The notes beneath the pieces are model-generated. The model did not search any database and was not told where the DNA came from. It saw only the letters and a list, made by a program, of their open reading frames with translations. A DNA stretch of 64,000 bases from Takakia lepidozioides. Its lineage: Eukaryota > Plantae > Bryophyta. The translations under genes were made by a program, and so were the position numbers. This document shows positions 13,482 through 26,300 of the stretch, in pieces; the first letter of the stretch is position 1; the number at the start of each line of letters is the position of its first letter. Location of the stretch: positions 28,334,001 to 28,398,000 of the forward strand of contig CM060733.1 in NCBI GenBank assembly GCA_030704615.1. Direction: 5' to 3'.

Positions 13482-16400
13482 ATGAAACAGGAGATGGAGT
13501 CACAGAGGAGAACGGTCGATCCAGCAACTGAAAACGGGCATTTGGAACTCGCGGACGATCGTGAATGGGGACCTGTGGAGATGGAAGTGGACGTTGCCAT
13601 AGTCGGAGGGGGACTCGGCGGTCTAGCGCTGGCGTTGGGCCTCCAGACTAGAGGCATACAGGCTCATGTGTTCGAAAAAGCTCCTGCTCTTCGCACTGAC
13701 TCTGCCACTGGCATTAACCTGGCTCTCAACGGTATGTGCCATCGGATGGACACTCTTTAAGGATTCAAGTGATATCAGTAGAAGAACTCCTGAACACTAG
13801 GGACTTGAGCTCTAGAGGGTCTTGCAGTTCTGATCTCGCTAAGGTTCATGTATTCGACTCATCAGCAAGCTAGACCTGTGTGGTAACAAACATCGCCCAT
13901 GAAGGAGGAATAAAACCAGACATGCAAATTGTGGATATAGGAGAGGTGAATTGGGCAGAATCATTCAGTCCAGTTCGCTCGAATTTAAGTTCGCACCCAA
14001 TTTCGACTCGAGAAGTTGGAACTGACCGGAATCATGACTTCATAATGCACATGTGTACGCTGCAATGTTGGCCAGCAACATGTGAGGTGCCTTGAATATC
14101 TAAGTGCAAGAGCAGAACGCAGTTGTAGGGTCCTCGCAGGAGAGTGTAGCTTAACCGATCCACTAGCAGCAGAAGCTCAAGTCTCCCCCACACAAGACCG
14201 GATCTACAGGAATACAGTCCTCATCGTTCACTTTATCGCTAGTGAACAGTGCAAAGCAACGACACTGGAGTACTTCAACGAACTACATAATTGTGTGCAC
14301 TGTCACCTGAAAACTAAGATGTAAACATACAGGTCTGGAGAAATCATTTACCATGTGGGCAACATTTGGTCCAGGTATAATGACCTCGGTGATCCAAGGT
14401 CCAATGAAAGGTCCATACTTTGCAAGGTAAAATTATATATGGCCCAAGTCTAGCAGATAGTCCTATGGACATCGGAATTCTCTTCCGAAAGGTAGGAAAT
14501 TTGATCTGGCATTCGAAGATCGTGTAGCATAACCTGCCCTTGGAGTACATCGCTTGCAGGTATAACGGCACTGAACGGGATGTATCCTGGACTAGCACAG
14601 CAGATGATGGACTATGGCAATAAAAATGTGCGCATCAAGAAAATTATAAGAAGAAGCGGCGAGAAGGACCTCGTCATCCCTATGACACACAAGGTCGGTG
14701 AGTTTGTCACGATTGGCTGGCGCTTCTCGCAGGAGCTCTTGGCAAACCTTGTGGACAAGTCGAGCATTCACTGCGATCATCGCTTCGTTCGTTACAGACC
14801 TGCTCCTGTAAGTTCTTCCTCTCGCAGGAATGTGGAACAATATAAGATTCCCATTCAGTTATTTAACCATGATCGGAATTTGCGGGTCCAACTCTTGTCT
14901 TTCTCACCACCCAACTTTCTTTCTCGCCTCCCATAATCATATGAAACTCCTGGGATCTCGAGCATTATTGAACTATAATTATAACCTGATAACGCAGATT
15001 GCGCACGCAACTCAATCTCATTCAACTAAATATAATCCGATCTTGACATTTCTATTCTTACTCAAACCTCGTTTGCCCCAGGCTCCAAATGCCATGTACG
15101 AAAACTCAGTGTGAATTGCTCAATCCTTAGCACTGGTTTGACCACTCACTACTCCCATGGACCCTTATATGGCATTGTTTTCACAGCTAGGGGGGGATCC
15201 CAGAGGCGACCCCAGAGCCTGGAAAGCGCTCATTAGCTTGCACATTTTGCAGGGAGGTGTGGACGTCGAGTTTCGGACAACTGCAAAAGGCATGGTGGGG
15301 GCCTCTGGCAGTGTAGTTGTTCGAGCTAAGCTACTGGCAGGAGCCGATGGAATGTGGTCAGGGGTGCGGAAAATCATGGTGCCAGAAGATGCTCCCCGTT
15401 ACTTGAACTACCTCAATTGGAACGCAGTTGTCTACAACCCTAATGGAGAGTGAGTCATCATCTTTCGTCTCAGGATTCTTCAACTCTAGGCCCCAACAGG
15501 CCCTTGTTGATGTCCATACCCAGCAGGTGACCCTTGATCCAAGGGGACGTTGACTCTCATGTCACGCGATAAAACTTAAGTGAACTGAATGTGATGGAAC
15601 TGAATATGTAATGGAATAGAATCTGACTAGAATGGAAACCTGAATATAATGGAAATATAGCACTCATCATAGGAATGAAAGGGTGGAAGTAGACACTAAA
15701 TTCTAACATATGAGGGAGCCCTCCACTGCAAATGGGTATTAGCTGGTGAAGCTAAGATCTTCTCATGCAGTATTGACAGGGGGAAAGGTACATCAGGAGA
15801 AAAGAACCGATGGGTGTTCTCTCCTTCAGTGGACAATGGAGCTCTTGACCAAAGAAATCCATATAAGCTTGCTTTATTTATTAAACCTCTGTGAAGCTTC
15901 ATGAAAGACCTAAACGAGACTGTAAGCTTTGAACATGTGACTAAAGCACACAGCCAGCCTGCCAGGAGGGATATATCAATTGACTAGTTGTTATGAACTC
16001 GTATGGAATCTGATATCTGGTTCGTCATGGCAGAGTATTTCCCTATTGCAAAGATGAGGTTCAAATGCTACATGCAGCCAGTGGTCGGGAGGTGGCCTAT
16101 ATCAGTGATCAAGGTACAATCCCAGTGTGGCTCCTTCATTCTATTCTTTGAAGGCAGTTATATCCCAGCTTGTTTGTAACACTGCTTGGGTCTCATAACC
16201 ATGACTATCAACTTGAAACAGGGCGTGGCAACGTACTATGGCACTTGCGTGTTCTGGATAAAACTGGTGAGCTGCAAAAGGACTTCCTTGAAAGGTCAGT
16301 AAAATTTAACAAAAGTGAATCCAAAGCACGGGCATTGCAGCAATTGGCCGACCTTGAAGGCTGGGAGGATTTGATTTCAGCAATCAAGGCAACCGCTGAC

Positions 16401-18452
16401 AGTCTCATATATGAGCGGAGGTCTATGGACCGCTTGCCTTTGAAGAAATGGAGCGATGCTACTGGCCATGTGTTGCTCATTGGGGATGGTAAGTGTCACC
16501 TTCTTTCTAAAGTTTCCTTTGATCTTGACAGCTTCCAGACATGAGCTGGTGCTCTATGAGTACAATGTCTTACACTACATTCAACCTAATGCTTTGTGAT
16601 ACAGTACCCCAAGGCCTGCAAACAAATGAACTCTCATTTAGCTACATGCCCGCTTGCTACTTCGGTGCTTAGTCCCATGTGACCTGGTGGAGTGGATCCA
16701 TTGAGTAAGAGAAGAATGAATTCCCCAGGGGAATAATATACCCAAGGGTTCGAGTCAGCCCACTGCAGGAAGAGAGTGGCTAGGCAAGAGCTGGATGAAG
16801 TCCGGAAATTAGCACATCTCACAACCCCACCCCCGAGAGGAAGCAGTAGGTCTTTGTTACACAGGCTTCGGATGGAGTCTTCTCTCGCACAGTCTTCAAG
16901 TCAATTGCTAGTTTGCGCCTCTCTCTCCAGGCATTCTATGGCAAACAACTTCTCTTGAGTGTACATTTTCTCTAGGTGTTTGGATGATTGATGGATGTCT
17001 CACTTAGCCTGAGGATAGAGACTGGGGGATAACCTGCAGTGAATACCTTTGTGTTGATTGTGCTAAATAAGATAGGCTACAGACAGCTCAGTGTTCTTCC
17101 AAGGATCCGAGATGCCTTGCAGCATATCTCAACGAGGCTTTCCACCATAGCATATCTTTGAAAGTTGAATTGCAGTTTTCTGGTTGTGTGGGGTGGGGGA
17201 CGGGGGGGTGTGCGCATGGTTGCCAGGGGTGCCACTTTTCCTTTTGATTGATCTCATTCTAATTTTCCTACAGCCTTGAACTTCCCGCAGTTGACGTTGT
17301 GAAGTTTCTTTAGGTCTACTGCTTTCTTTCTTTCTCTCTGTTGTCCATTGATTTCTCTCTCACCAAAGAGACGCTCTCTTCAATTCTATCAAGGGAATTG
17401 TGCCTGTACCCCTGTTTACCAACTTTGAAAGTCTCGAGGCTGAGCCAAAAGCCCAGGCCCTCCTGAGGCCTAGTTTTTGGGCAAATCACACACAACAGAT
17501 TGATGCTTGTGTGAAGGGTTTTCTAGAGGATATCTGGAAAACCCGGATTAATTCTTTATATGAAGGTAAGTCTTACTACCAACGTCAGCCCCTGACGGAG
17601 GTAGGTTCTGTTCCTTTTGTTCCCGCTCAAACTGGGCGCGGGGTCAATGGCCACAAGGCTACGGCAAACAACGTCTTATGAGTACAATCTGTTGTCCATT
17701 GATAAGCTGTTTGGGCTCTCCGGGGCTGGATGTTATGATTTGTTTCCTTTCTTTCCCTCTGAATACTTGCAGGCAATTTACTCTGTTCTGCACTTGCTGT
17801 GAGAACAGCTGCGCATGGTATGTACACATCGTTGGGGATGGGGGCACGCCTAGCATTTGAAGATGCACATCAGCTCACCCTCCTTCTGGAGAAGGCTTTT
17901 GAGTCACAGGAAGAGGTCAACATTCCAGTAGCTGTCCACAAGTAAGGAGATCACTTTGAACATCCTGTTGTCATAGTATCACCAGATTAAATATCTTTTG
18001 TGCACTCACTCATTAGTGCTAGACTTTTATGCAAATTGCTACTCTGGTATACAGCGCTTATATAACTAGTACCCTCATGGACATATTCTGGTTATACGAT
18101 ACTTATGTACCTGGGCCCATCTTAGAGTAAACTGGTCGCTTGCACAGGCCTGCATGTCACAGATTCTGCTAACGTTTGCGTCCATTTGACATTAGTTCAC
18201 TTGAACATTGCTTGATGGGGCTGCATCGAATTTTGCACATGTGGTATCAGGTTTGAGGAGATCAGAATGCCAAGGATTAGCCGCCTTCATCAGTATGCAA
18301 CGGAAATGACAGAGCAACCTGAGTTTGTTCCAGAATGGGTCTCCAATCTTTCACCAGAGCAGCAGATGCAGCGCCTCAGTGAGACCTTAAGCTGGACCGG
18401 CAAGTACCCAGACTGCATGGATGGTGACCCCAGCTCAACTTACTGGAAATAG
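13482..18452 (+). CDS. FAD-dependent monooxygenase (group A flavoprotein, FAD_binding_3 type), intact; 7 exons, about 458 aa
   Basis: Exons 13482-13731, 14560-14807, 15253-15449, 16034-16113, 16222-16488, 17809-17941 and 18251-18452 are all GT-AG with compatible phases (1377 nt). Motifs: VAIVGGGLGG (GxGxxG), AGADGMWS (DG), LIGD|AAH (GD), GMGARLAFEDA. Confidence 0.92.
17353..17687 (+). mobile_element. Intronic 335-bp insertion, probable 5'-truncated non-LTR retrotransposon (mirror at about 45187-45521)
   Basis: 16-bp direct repeat TCTGTTGTCCATTGAT at 17337-17352 and 17688-17703. The empty site is seen at about 3840 and 41340. The insert carries an ORF C-terminus (..GFLEDIWKTR..). Confidence 0.75.
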
Positions 18453-18710
18453 TGGACTACCAAATGTTAGCCTTCTATTTTACGCATGGGAGCATGCTTT
18501 CCGAATTTCCAGAAGAACCAACTCCCCTCTACAACGACTCCCAATTCCTACCAGTGACAGTTCTAAATCTGACTCATTTTATCAACAGATCTGTCTGCTT
18601 CATCTATACTGGCCATGTCACTGTGATCTAAGCTTCAGTTCAGGATTAGACATGCAACTCATGGATGAGAAGAGAAAGAAATGCAGAAACTAGAGTTGTA
18701 CATGAATGAT

Positions 18711-18960
18711 AGTATCTGGAACTTCTTTCTCTTTTGAATCCATGTGAAGTTCGCGCCAGAGTGTGACCTTTAGCTTACTAAATAGGGGAAGGGCCTGCAA
18801 CGAACCTCCCCCACCCCCTTCATTTCGTTCATATGAATGAAAGTATCTGGATTTTCTTTCTCTTGAATCCATGTGAAGTTTGTGCCAGAGTGTGACTTTT
18901 AGCTTACTAAATAGGGGAAGAGCAATGAACCTCCCCCACCACCTTCATTTCATTTGAGTA
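18711..18960. repeat. Tandem duplication of about 130 bp downstream of the monooxygenase (also about 4786-5030 and 40160-40410)
   Basis: AGTATCTGGA..GAATCCATGTGAAGTT..TTAGCTTACTAAATAGGGGAAG..CCTCCCCCACC occurs twice. Confidence 0.8.
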
Positions 18961-19241
18961 ACGATGCAGTAGAGTACTTGGCGATCATAAGATCCTTTCT
19001 CAAACGTGGATATAGTATCTGGAGTTTTTTTTGGGTGCGCACATAAATGTCCTTGCTCTGCCCAACTACAGTGTCCCCAGATGCACTCGGGTTTGTGAAT
19101 TGTGTATGTTTGTTTGAACGCACAACTCCACATTGGAATGGGGCATGCGTCACGATTGCGTGATGGAATTGCACATACATCCCTCCTGAAGTTTGCTCGG
19201 CACAAGGCAATATGCCTTCTATCCAGTCATGCCGTAGTGGG

Positions 19242-20302
19242 TGTTAGAGAGTTTGTTCACTTCAGTGTAACGGATGCTCCCTGAATAGCAAGTTGGATAT
19301 TGTTAGATACTTTTGCTATTCATGTCATGACAGACAGAGAAAAGGCAGAGGAGTGCAGATAGGAATAGCACTAGGACTTCAAATAGAAATATCTAAAGTT
19401 GAGGTTTGTGTATTTAAGTAGGCACTTCAAGCCATTGAATCAATCTCTTTCAAGGAATAAAGTGTGTCTCTCCAGAAACATGTCTTTGTCTATGTTTCTA
19501 TATAGTTAGCATAGTTGTATGCTAGAGTACTCATCGTCTTTCCTATGAAAATCCTGAAGTTAAGTTATAATGACTTCTAGTGCAACCACCAGCTCTAAGA
19601 AGAATTCAGGTCAACAGGTTATGGGCCCACAGGGTTGAGATGAGTTAGTGTCAAAGCTCCTATAGACGTCACTCCCAAAATTTGGTGGTGAGAACTTCCA
19701 TCTATGGAAGTTCAAGATGTCCATGGTGTTGAAAGAGAGAAAGCTTTGGAACATGGTAAATGGCACTGAGCGTAGACCTTCAGAAAGTGATGTTGTAAAT
19801 AGGTTGCAGTATGATGAGAGGGATCAGAGGGCACATGCCTTAGTTGTTCTAAGTTTACAGGACTTTGAATTGATGCATATGCGTACAGCTACAACTACTA
19901 AAGAGACATGAGATAAGTTGGAGGCTCAATATGAGCAGAAGGCATTAGCAAACAAACTATACCTTCTAAGACAACTGATGAACATACAGATGCAGTCAGG
20001 AGAACACCATGACAAGTCACATCAATAAGCTTAGAGAATTGTCACTACAGCTAGATGCAGTGGGAGAGTCAGTGAGTGATGGCATGTTAGTAATGATTTT
20101 GTTGTTAGCTTGTCAGAGAACTATCACAACCTCATTACTGCTCTAGAGACTAGGACAGATGCTCTGACGTTGGAACTTGTAAGTAGGAGGTTGCTGCATG
20201 AGAAGTTGGAATTAAAGATGAAGATAGAAGGGACATCTTCAAGTGATGAAAAAGCTTTTTATGTACAGAAGTTGAAGGGAAACCCAAACAAGAGTCATAT
20301 GG
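19242..20302 (+). mobile_element. Ty1/Copia 5' remnant: LTR, PBS and degenerate gag
   Basis: LTR TGTTAG (19242 or 19301) to TCAACA (19616); copia-type PBS GGTTATGGGCCCA at 19617-19629. Gag reads FGGENFHLWKFKMSMVLKERKLW..LSENYHNLITALE, with a stop and frameshift; truncated at about 20302. Confidence 0.85.
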
Positions 20303-23300
20303 ACCCTAGTTATCATTCCTGACGTGACGTGGCGCTGACACGTCGGCCGTCACGTCACATCGAATCCGGCCGTTTGCCCATGTATTTTTTTTTACATTTA
20401 ACTTTTATAATTTACTTCTATCCTTTGTAATGACATGGCAGCCACGGTATAAAACAAACGTGGTCAATTATTAATATTTATTAATTCTTCTTAAAAAATA
20501 TGTCCGTCTATATTGGCGGTCGCATGTAATTTAATATTTTGTTAAATTAAGCGACCGCCTATATTGGCGGTCGGTTGAAGTTTATTATGTTTTAAATGAA
20601 CCGACCGCCCAGATTGGCGGTCGCTCGCACTTTATTATATTATTATTATATCTTTGATATATTCTGTAAAAATACAGCGACCGCCATGTGGCGGTCGCTA
20701 TATATATATTTTGAATTTAGCGACCGCCATTTAGCAGCGGTCGCTTATTTTTATTTGTATTCTTAAATAAAACGACCGCCGTTTGGCGGCCATCGCTATT
20801 TTTGTTAATAAAGAATACAGCGACCGCCATATAGAGGCGGTCTCTTACTTAGGACTTCAGTGCTTGGCACTGCCAACGGGAGGTGCAAAGGTGATTATTT
20901 GGGGAGGGAGGTTTTGTCGGTTTTCTATTGGTCAGTCCCACACACTTGTTCACGGTTCAATCATCGTATCACCATTTTGCCGTTTTCGGATCTCCGGCGG
21001 CCTGTTTTTTTGCAAAAAGCTACGAAGACACCATCCACACGCGTTCATTGCCGTTTTCTGAGGTTTTGGACCCTGTAGTGGGCAAAGGTTTATACAATGT
21101 CGGGGGTTGTGAATTCAAGTTCTGGGGCGGGGTCGTCTGGGGGTCGAAGGAAGAGAAAACGTGCCCATGAGCGGGATAGCCAGGTCAACAAGCCAGACTA
21201 CCCGAGACCGGATGCCTTGGATAGGGTGAAAGAAGTGGTAGTGGATTATTTCAAGGGTAATGACACGATGAGGCTGGAGAGTGCTTATGTCAGGCATGGA
21301 TGGGAAGGGTTTCAGTTTTTCCAGCAAAATATGGAGAGGAAAATGACAAACGCTTTGGCGGGGGCTAAGTGGACGGCGGACAGGGACAAACCGAAGTTCA
21401 ATCGGTGGATCCAAAGCAGGGCAAAAGACGCCACGTGGAATTTGAGGCAGCTAATGAAGACATGGAAGGGTAGAGCAACCGAGGTTGAGTGCCCTCCGCC
21501 GAAGCTGAGTTAATGCGGCGTGTTGGCTTGCTCTGTCGTGGTCCTTTGCCTTGAAAGCAGGGGGTCGGGACACGAGAGGGGATGCCCCTGTGGTGGGGGC
21601 AGTGGCAACAATAAATGCGGGGGCTGAAGCACCTTGAGTGCCCAAGGCACTCAAGGAGGCGGAGGCGCTCACTAGGTGGAGCCCCGCACACCGGGTTGCG
21701 GTGGGGGTGGTTCCACGAGGGGTGGAGGTAGCTTAGTGGGACTTAGTGGGGGTGGCATAGGACTCACCATGGGGCGGAGATCTTGTGGTGGGAGTCGTGG
21801 GGAGTCTTGGGACTTATCACGGTCCAATGGGGCCGTGGTGGGTGGGCCAAGACTCACCGCGACTCATCACCGGGAATCGAGGGTCTTCGTGGTGGTTCGC
21901 CATAAAAAGATGGTAATATTTGTGAAACCCCTGCGGACAGTCACAGAAGTATATATAGGGAGTAGTAACCCCGAGAACGGTGCAAGCCTGTTGGTGACCA
22001 AAAACTAATGAGTAAGCAAGCGAGCCGGAAAGCGATTAAGGAGTGGGGAGCTATTCCGGACTGCCATCTACCAAAGGGAATTCCCACTAGGCCCAAATTG
22101 GCGGAGGGTTTCTTGGAGAGTAAAAGGGGGACCGTTATGTCCCGGTGAGCGGTTGAAAGCTCCGAGTTGGCCCGGCGGCCAGTTTGGGAGTTAGGCGCGT
22201 GCATCAAAGCGAATAACTATGACTTGAAGGGGAGCTTACCGAAGGGAGGTGTGCGACACTTGGTATCAGAGCCTAGAGTTCAGTACGCGATCGTCCTTGG
22301 GATCGGCCTCATCATGGGGTCGGGCAAACCAAAGCGAAAGCGGAACGACCCGAAAGATGATGATCCTGGCGAGCCCGATGGGGGCGACGTGTCACCAAAG
22401 CGGCCATTTGAGGAAGCGATACATGCTTTTGAAAATGAGGCCACTCAAGAACGGGAGGAATTTGAGGAGTCGGAGCCCGACGAATTCCTGAGAGCTCCGA
22501 CATACCAACAGATGCCTCCCATGCCAGCAGTTTTTTGGGAAGGGTTGTTGGCGCAGTTTGGCGGGACGTTGAAAGACGTGTTGAAGGCGGCTAATGCCAC
22601 TTCCACTAAGGCAAAGTTTAAGGTGAAGCCTAAGGAACCCGACACCTTCGAGGGTGTCCGAAATCGGAAGGCACTCAACACCTGGCTCTTGGAGCTAGAG
22701 CAGTACTTCCGGGCGGCCAAGTTGAGTGACGAGGATCAGGTGGAAGTGGCTCCCATCTATTTGAGGGGTTACGCTCAACAATGGTGGCAAAAACGCCTTC
22801 ACGACCGAGGTCCAAACTCGGAAACCTTGAACTGGAGTGGATTCAAGGAACTGATGAAAAGATAATTTGTACCCCTCAACGCGTCCTGGCTCGCCCGGGA
22901 CAAGATGAGGAATTTGAAGCAAACGGATGACATTCGGGGATATGTTCAAGTTTTCAATGTGCTGTTGCTCGAAGTCGCGGACATGGCGGAAGCAGAAATG
23001 ATCTTCAACTTTGTGGCGGGACTGGCCCCATGGGCCAGCCGGAAGTTAGAAGAGAAGCCACCTAAGATTTTGAACGAGGCAATTGAGAGAGCTGAATGCT
23101 TCTCGGATGTCCCTAGGGGCGAAAGACAAGGCCGTACGGAGCTAAACCACAAGAAGACCCGGCGGGAGGGTGACTCCTTTCAACCAGAAAAGAAGTGGGA
23201 TAGGCCACGTGGCGACAATGGCACATGAAAATCGAAGGGAGGGCGTCCACCAAGACGACACCCGGTGCTCCGAAAGGAAAATCAGGTGCGACATCTTATG

Positions 23301-26300
23301 GGGGACAAAATGCGACCTTCGATGGAGTGTGCTTTAATTGCGGGGAGCCCGGGCACATGGCTAAGAAGTGCGCAAAACCCTGACAATTGAACATGACTCG
23401 GGCGACCACAGAGCTGTCGGAAGACTCCATCAGCCACTTGGTGGAAGCGGTGGTCGCCAAGACTTGCAAGGTAGGCAACTACTCTTGTGAATTGTATCAG
23501 GAAACTGGCGCCCTATGTAAAGGGAGTCAATTATTGGATGGGATAATTTCCGGAACTAACGTGTCGTTGTTGGTGGACACAGGAGCGTCGCACTCCTTCA
23601 TGACACCGGCAACGGCGCGAAAGTTGGGGCTCCCGACAAGTGACGTGGGGGCCTCTATTGAAGTGCGTTCTGCCAAGGGAGAACCACAATTGGCGACGAG
23701 GTTGGCGTTCGATGTTCCTCTTCAACTGGGGAGTTGGAAGGGACGTGATAACTTCACCATTTGCGAGATCGATGAAGTGGATCTCATTTTGGGGATGACC
23801 TTTTTGAGCAAATCCGGAGCGGTCATAGATGGCCGCAAGAGAGTAGTCACGCTGTCATGTGGGAATGGTGGCGAAGTTTTACGAGTGTCGGAAATGCCCA
23901 AACTCGTGGGAGGGCGAATAAACCTTCTGTCAGCAAGGGAGTGGACCGTGGAGGAGCCACACGAGCCCAAATTTTTGCTTTACGTAATACAAGTGAAAAG
24001 AGAAGGCGATGGGGAGCCGAGCCCAGATTGGGTCAAGGGGATATTGGAGAAATACCAGGATGTGATGCCGGAGGATTTACCAAGCGGCTTGCCACCGCGA
24101 AGGGTAGTTGACCACAAGATTGAGGTGATATCGGGATCGGAGCCACTTGCCAAGGCGCCCTACCGGTTGAGCCACAGAGAGTTGGTCGAGCTGAAAACTC
24201 AGCTCAAGGATCTAATGTCAAAGGGATACATCCGGCCGAGTAAGTCACCTTACGGAGCCCCGGTGCTATTCGCAGACAAGAAGGATGGGATGCTGCGGAT
24301 GTGTGTCGATTACACGGCTCTGAATAAGGTGACTATAAAAAACCAGTACCCTTTGCCAAGGATCGACGATCTTTTCGATCGGTTGGCAGGAGCGAAGTAT
24401 TTCAACCGGATCGATTTGCGCTCCGGCTATCACCAAATTTGAGTGGCGGAAGAAGATGAAGAGAGGACCACGTGCAGGACAAGGTATGGTTCATATGAGT
24501 TCTTGGTGATGCCTTTTGGGCTCACCAATGCACCCGCGACCTTTAGCACGCTGATGAATAGCCTTTTCCAGGAGTGGCTGGATGACTTTGTGATCGTGTA
24601 CATCGACGACATCTTGGTGTACTCGAAAACAAAGGAAGAGCATCCGGAGTACTTCAAAAGGGTGTTCTAGAAATTGCGGGAATGGAAGCTGTATGCCAAA
24701 GCTTCAAAGTGCGAATTCGGGATCACAAAGGTGGAGTTCCTGGGGCATGTGATTACACAGGATGGGATCAAAATGGATGACAGAAAGGTGAGAGCGATCT
24801 TGGACTGGGAGCCTCCGACTTCGGTCCCGGGAGTGTGATCCTTCCTAGGACTCGCCTCCTATTACCGGAAGTATGTGAGAAATTTTGCCAAGATCGCGGG
24901 GCCGCTGTCAGACCTTCTGTGTAAATCCAAAGTTTGGGTATGGAACACCTTTTGTGGCCAAACTTTTGCCGAGTTGAAGCAGCGGATGGCGGAAGCTCCA
25001 GTCCTCAAAATCCCGGAGTTCGACCGTCCATTTGAGATTCATACGAACACGTCGGACTTCGCAATAGGGGGTGTGCTCATGCAGGATGGATATCCACTGG
25101 CTTACAAAAGTAAGAAACTAAATGAAGTAGAGCGACGGTGACCTACGCATGAGAAGGAAATGAAGGCGGTGGTGCATTGTCTTGAGCTTTGGCGCCACTA
25201 TGTTGATTCCAACCCGGTGAAGGTGTTCACAGACAATGTCACGGTGAAGTATTTTGCCACGCAGCCTAAATTGTCCCCAAAACAACTTAGGTGGCAAGAT
25301 ACTTTGGCATTGTTCGACGTGGATATCCAGTATAAACCGGGACGGGACAATGTGGTGGCCGATGCTTTAAGTAGAAAGCAGCAGCTCATACTAGTGTACA
25401 GGGGCGAGACGGCGCTCCAATGGAAGATCCGGAAGGCTTACCGGAAGGATAAGATGGCGAAGTCCGTGATGCGGGACTTGAGGATGGGGGTTAAATCGCA
25501 GTTCCACTTGCAAAATGGACTACTCCGGTATAAGCAAAAACGTCTCTACGTGCCGAAGTGAGGGATCAGATATAGTCTCTTGAGATAATGCCATGATGGC
25601 CCGCTTGCGGGCACGGCGGAGCCAAACGCACCGCGGCACTCTTGAAGAAAGAGTATTTCTGGCCCAAACTTAGGGAGGAGGCCAAGGAGTATGTCAAGAC
25701 ACATATGTCAAGACCACATGCCAACAAAATCGGAGCGAGTACAAAAACAAGCGGGGCTGTTACAACCCTTGCCGATTCCAGAGGGGTCTTGGGAAAGTGT
25801 CTTGATGGATTTCATGACTGTTATGCCGCTGTCAAAAGGATTCGATGCGATCATGGTGGTAGTGGATAGGTTCAGTAAAATGGGCCATTTCATCCCCACC
25901 AAGGAGACAGCAACGGCGCAGGAGACGGGGCGACTTTACTTCGTCCACGTCTTCAAGCATCATGGACTCCCGAAGGATATTATCTCGGACCGCGATCCAA
26001 AGTTTACAAGTAAATTTTGGAGGGCACTTTGGAAGAAGATGGGGACGAGGCTCAAGATGAGCACCGCCTTCCGACCTACGACGGACAGCCAAACGGAAAG
26101 AGTGAATTCCGTGGTGAAGCAGATCTTGCGGAATTACGTGTCGGCAGACCATTCAGACTGGGTGGAGCACTTGGACGCGGCAGAGTTCTGTTATAATAAC
26201 ACAAAACACTCCACAACGGGAGTTTCCCCTTTCGTGTTGGTCTATGGAAAAGCACCTCTGGTGCCGACAAGTTGGGCCGCCCAGGACGTTGAGGAACCGG

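Larger units (their letters stand above)
8949..17726. repeat. Inverted repeat pair 2, left arm (partner 45148-53944)
   Basis: ORFs mirror with a coordinate sum of about 62878. Only a handful of differences inside about 9328-17726; the outer 380 bp is more diverged. Confidence 0.95.

Noticed and set aside
12673-13485. Overlapping ORFs of 60-160 aa in the divergent intergenic region
   Set aside because: No recognisable motifs, and a 1-bp indel between the two arms shifts their frames.
13482-18452. Naming the monooxygenase ZEP/ABA1 or the BAHDs HCT
   Set aside because: There is no transit peptide or FHA domain, and the BAHDs lack recognisable HCT-specific sequence. Only family-level calls are supported.
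21506-21533. Alternative Gypsy LTR start at TG 21506
   Set aside because: The TSD (TGCTC) and terminal inverted TGTCG/CGACA only fit a start at 21534.
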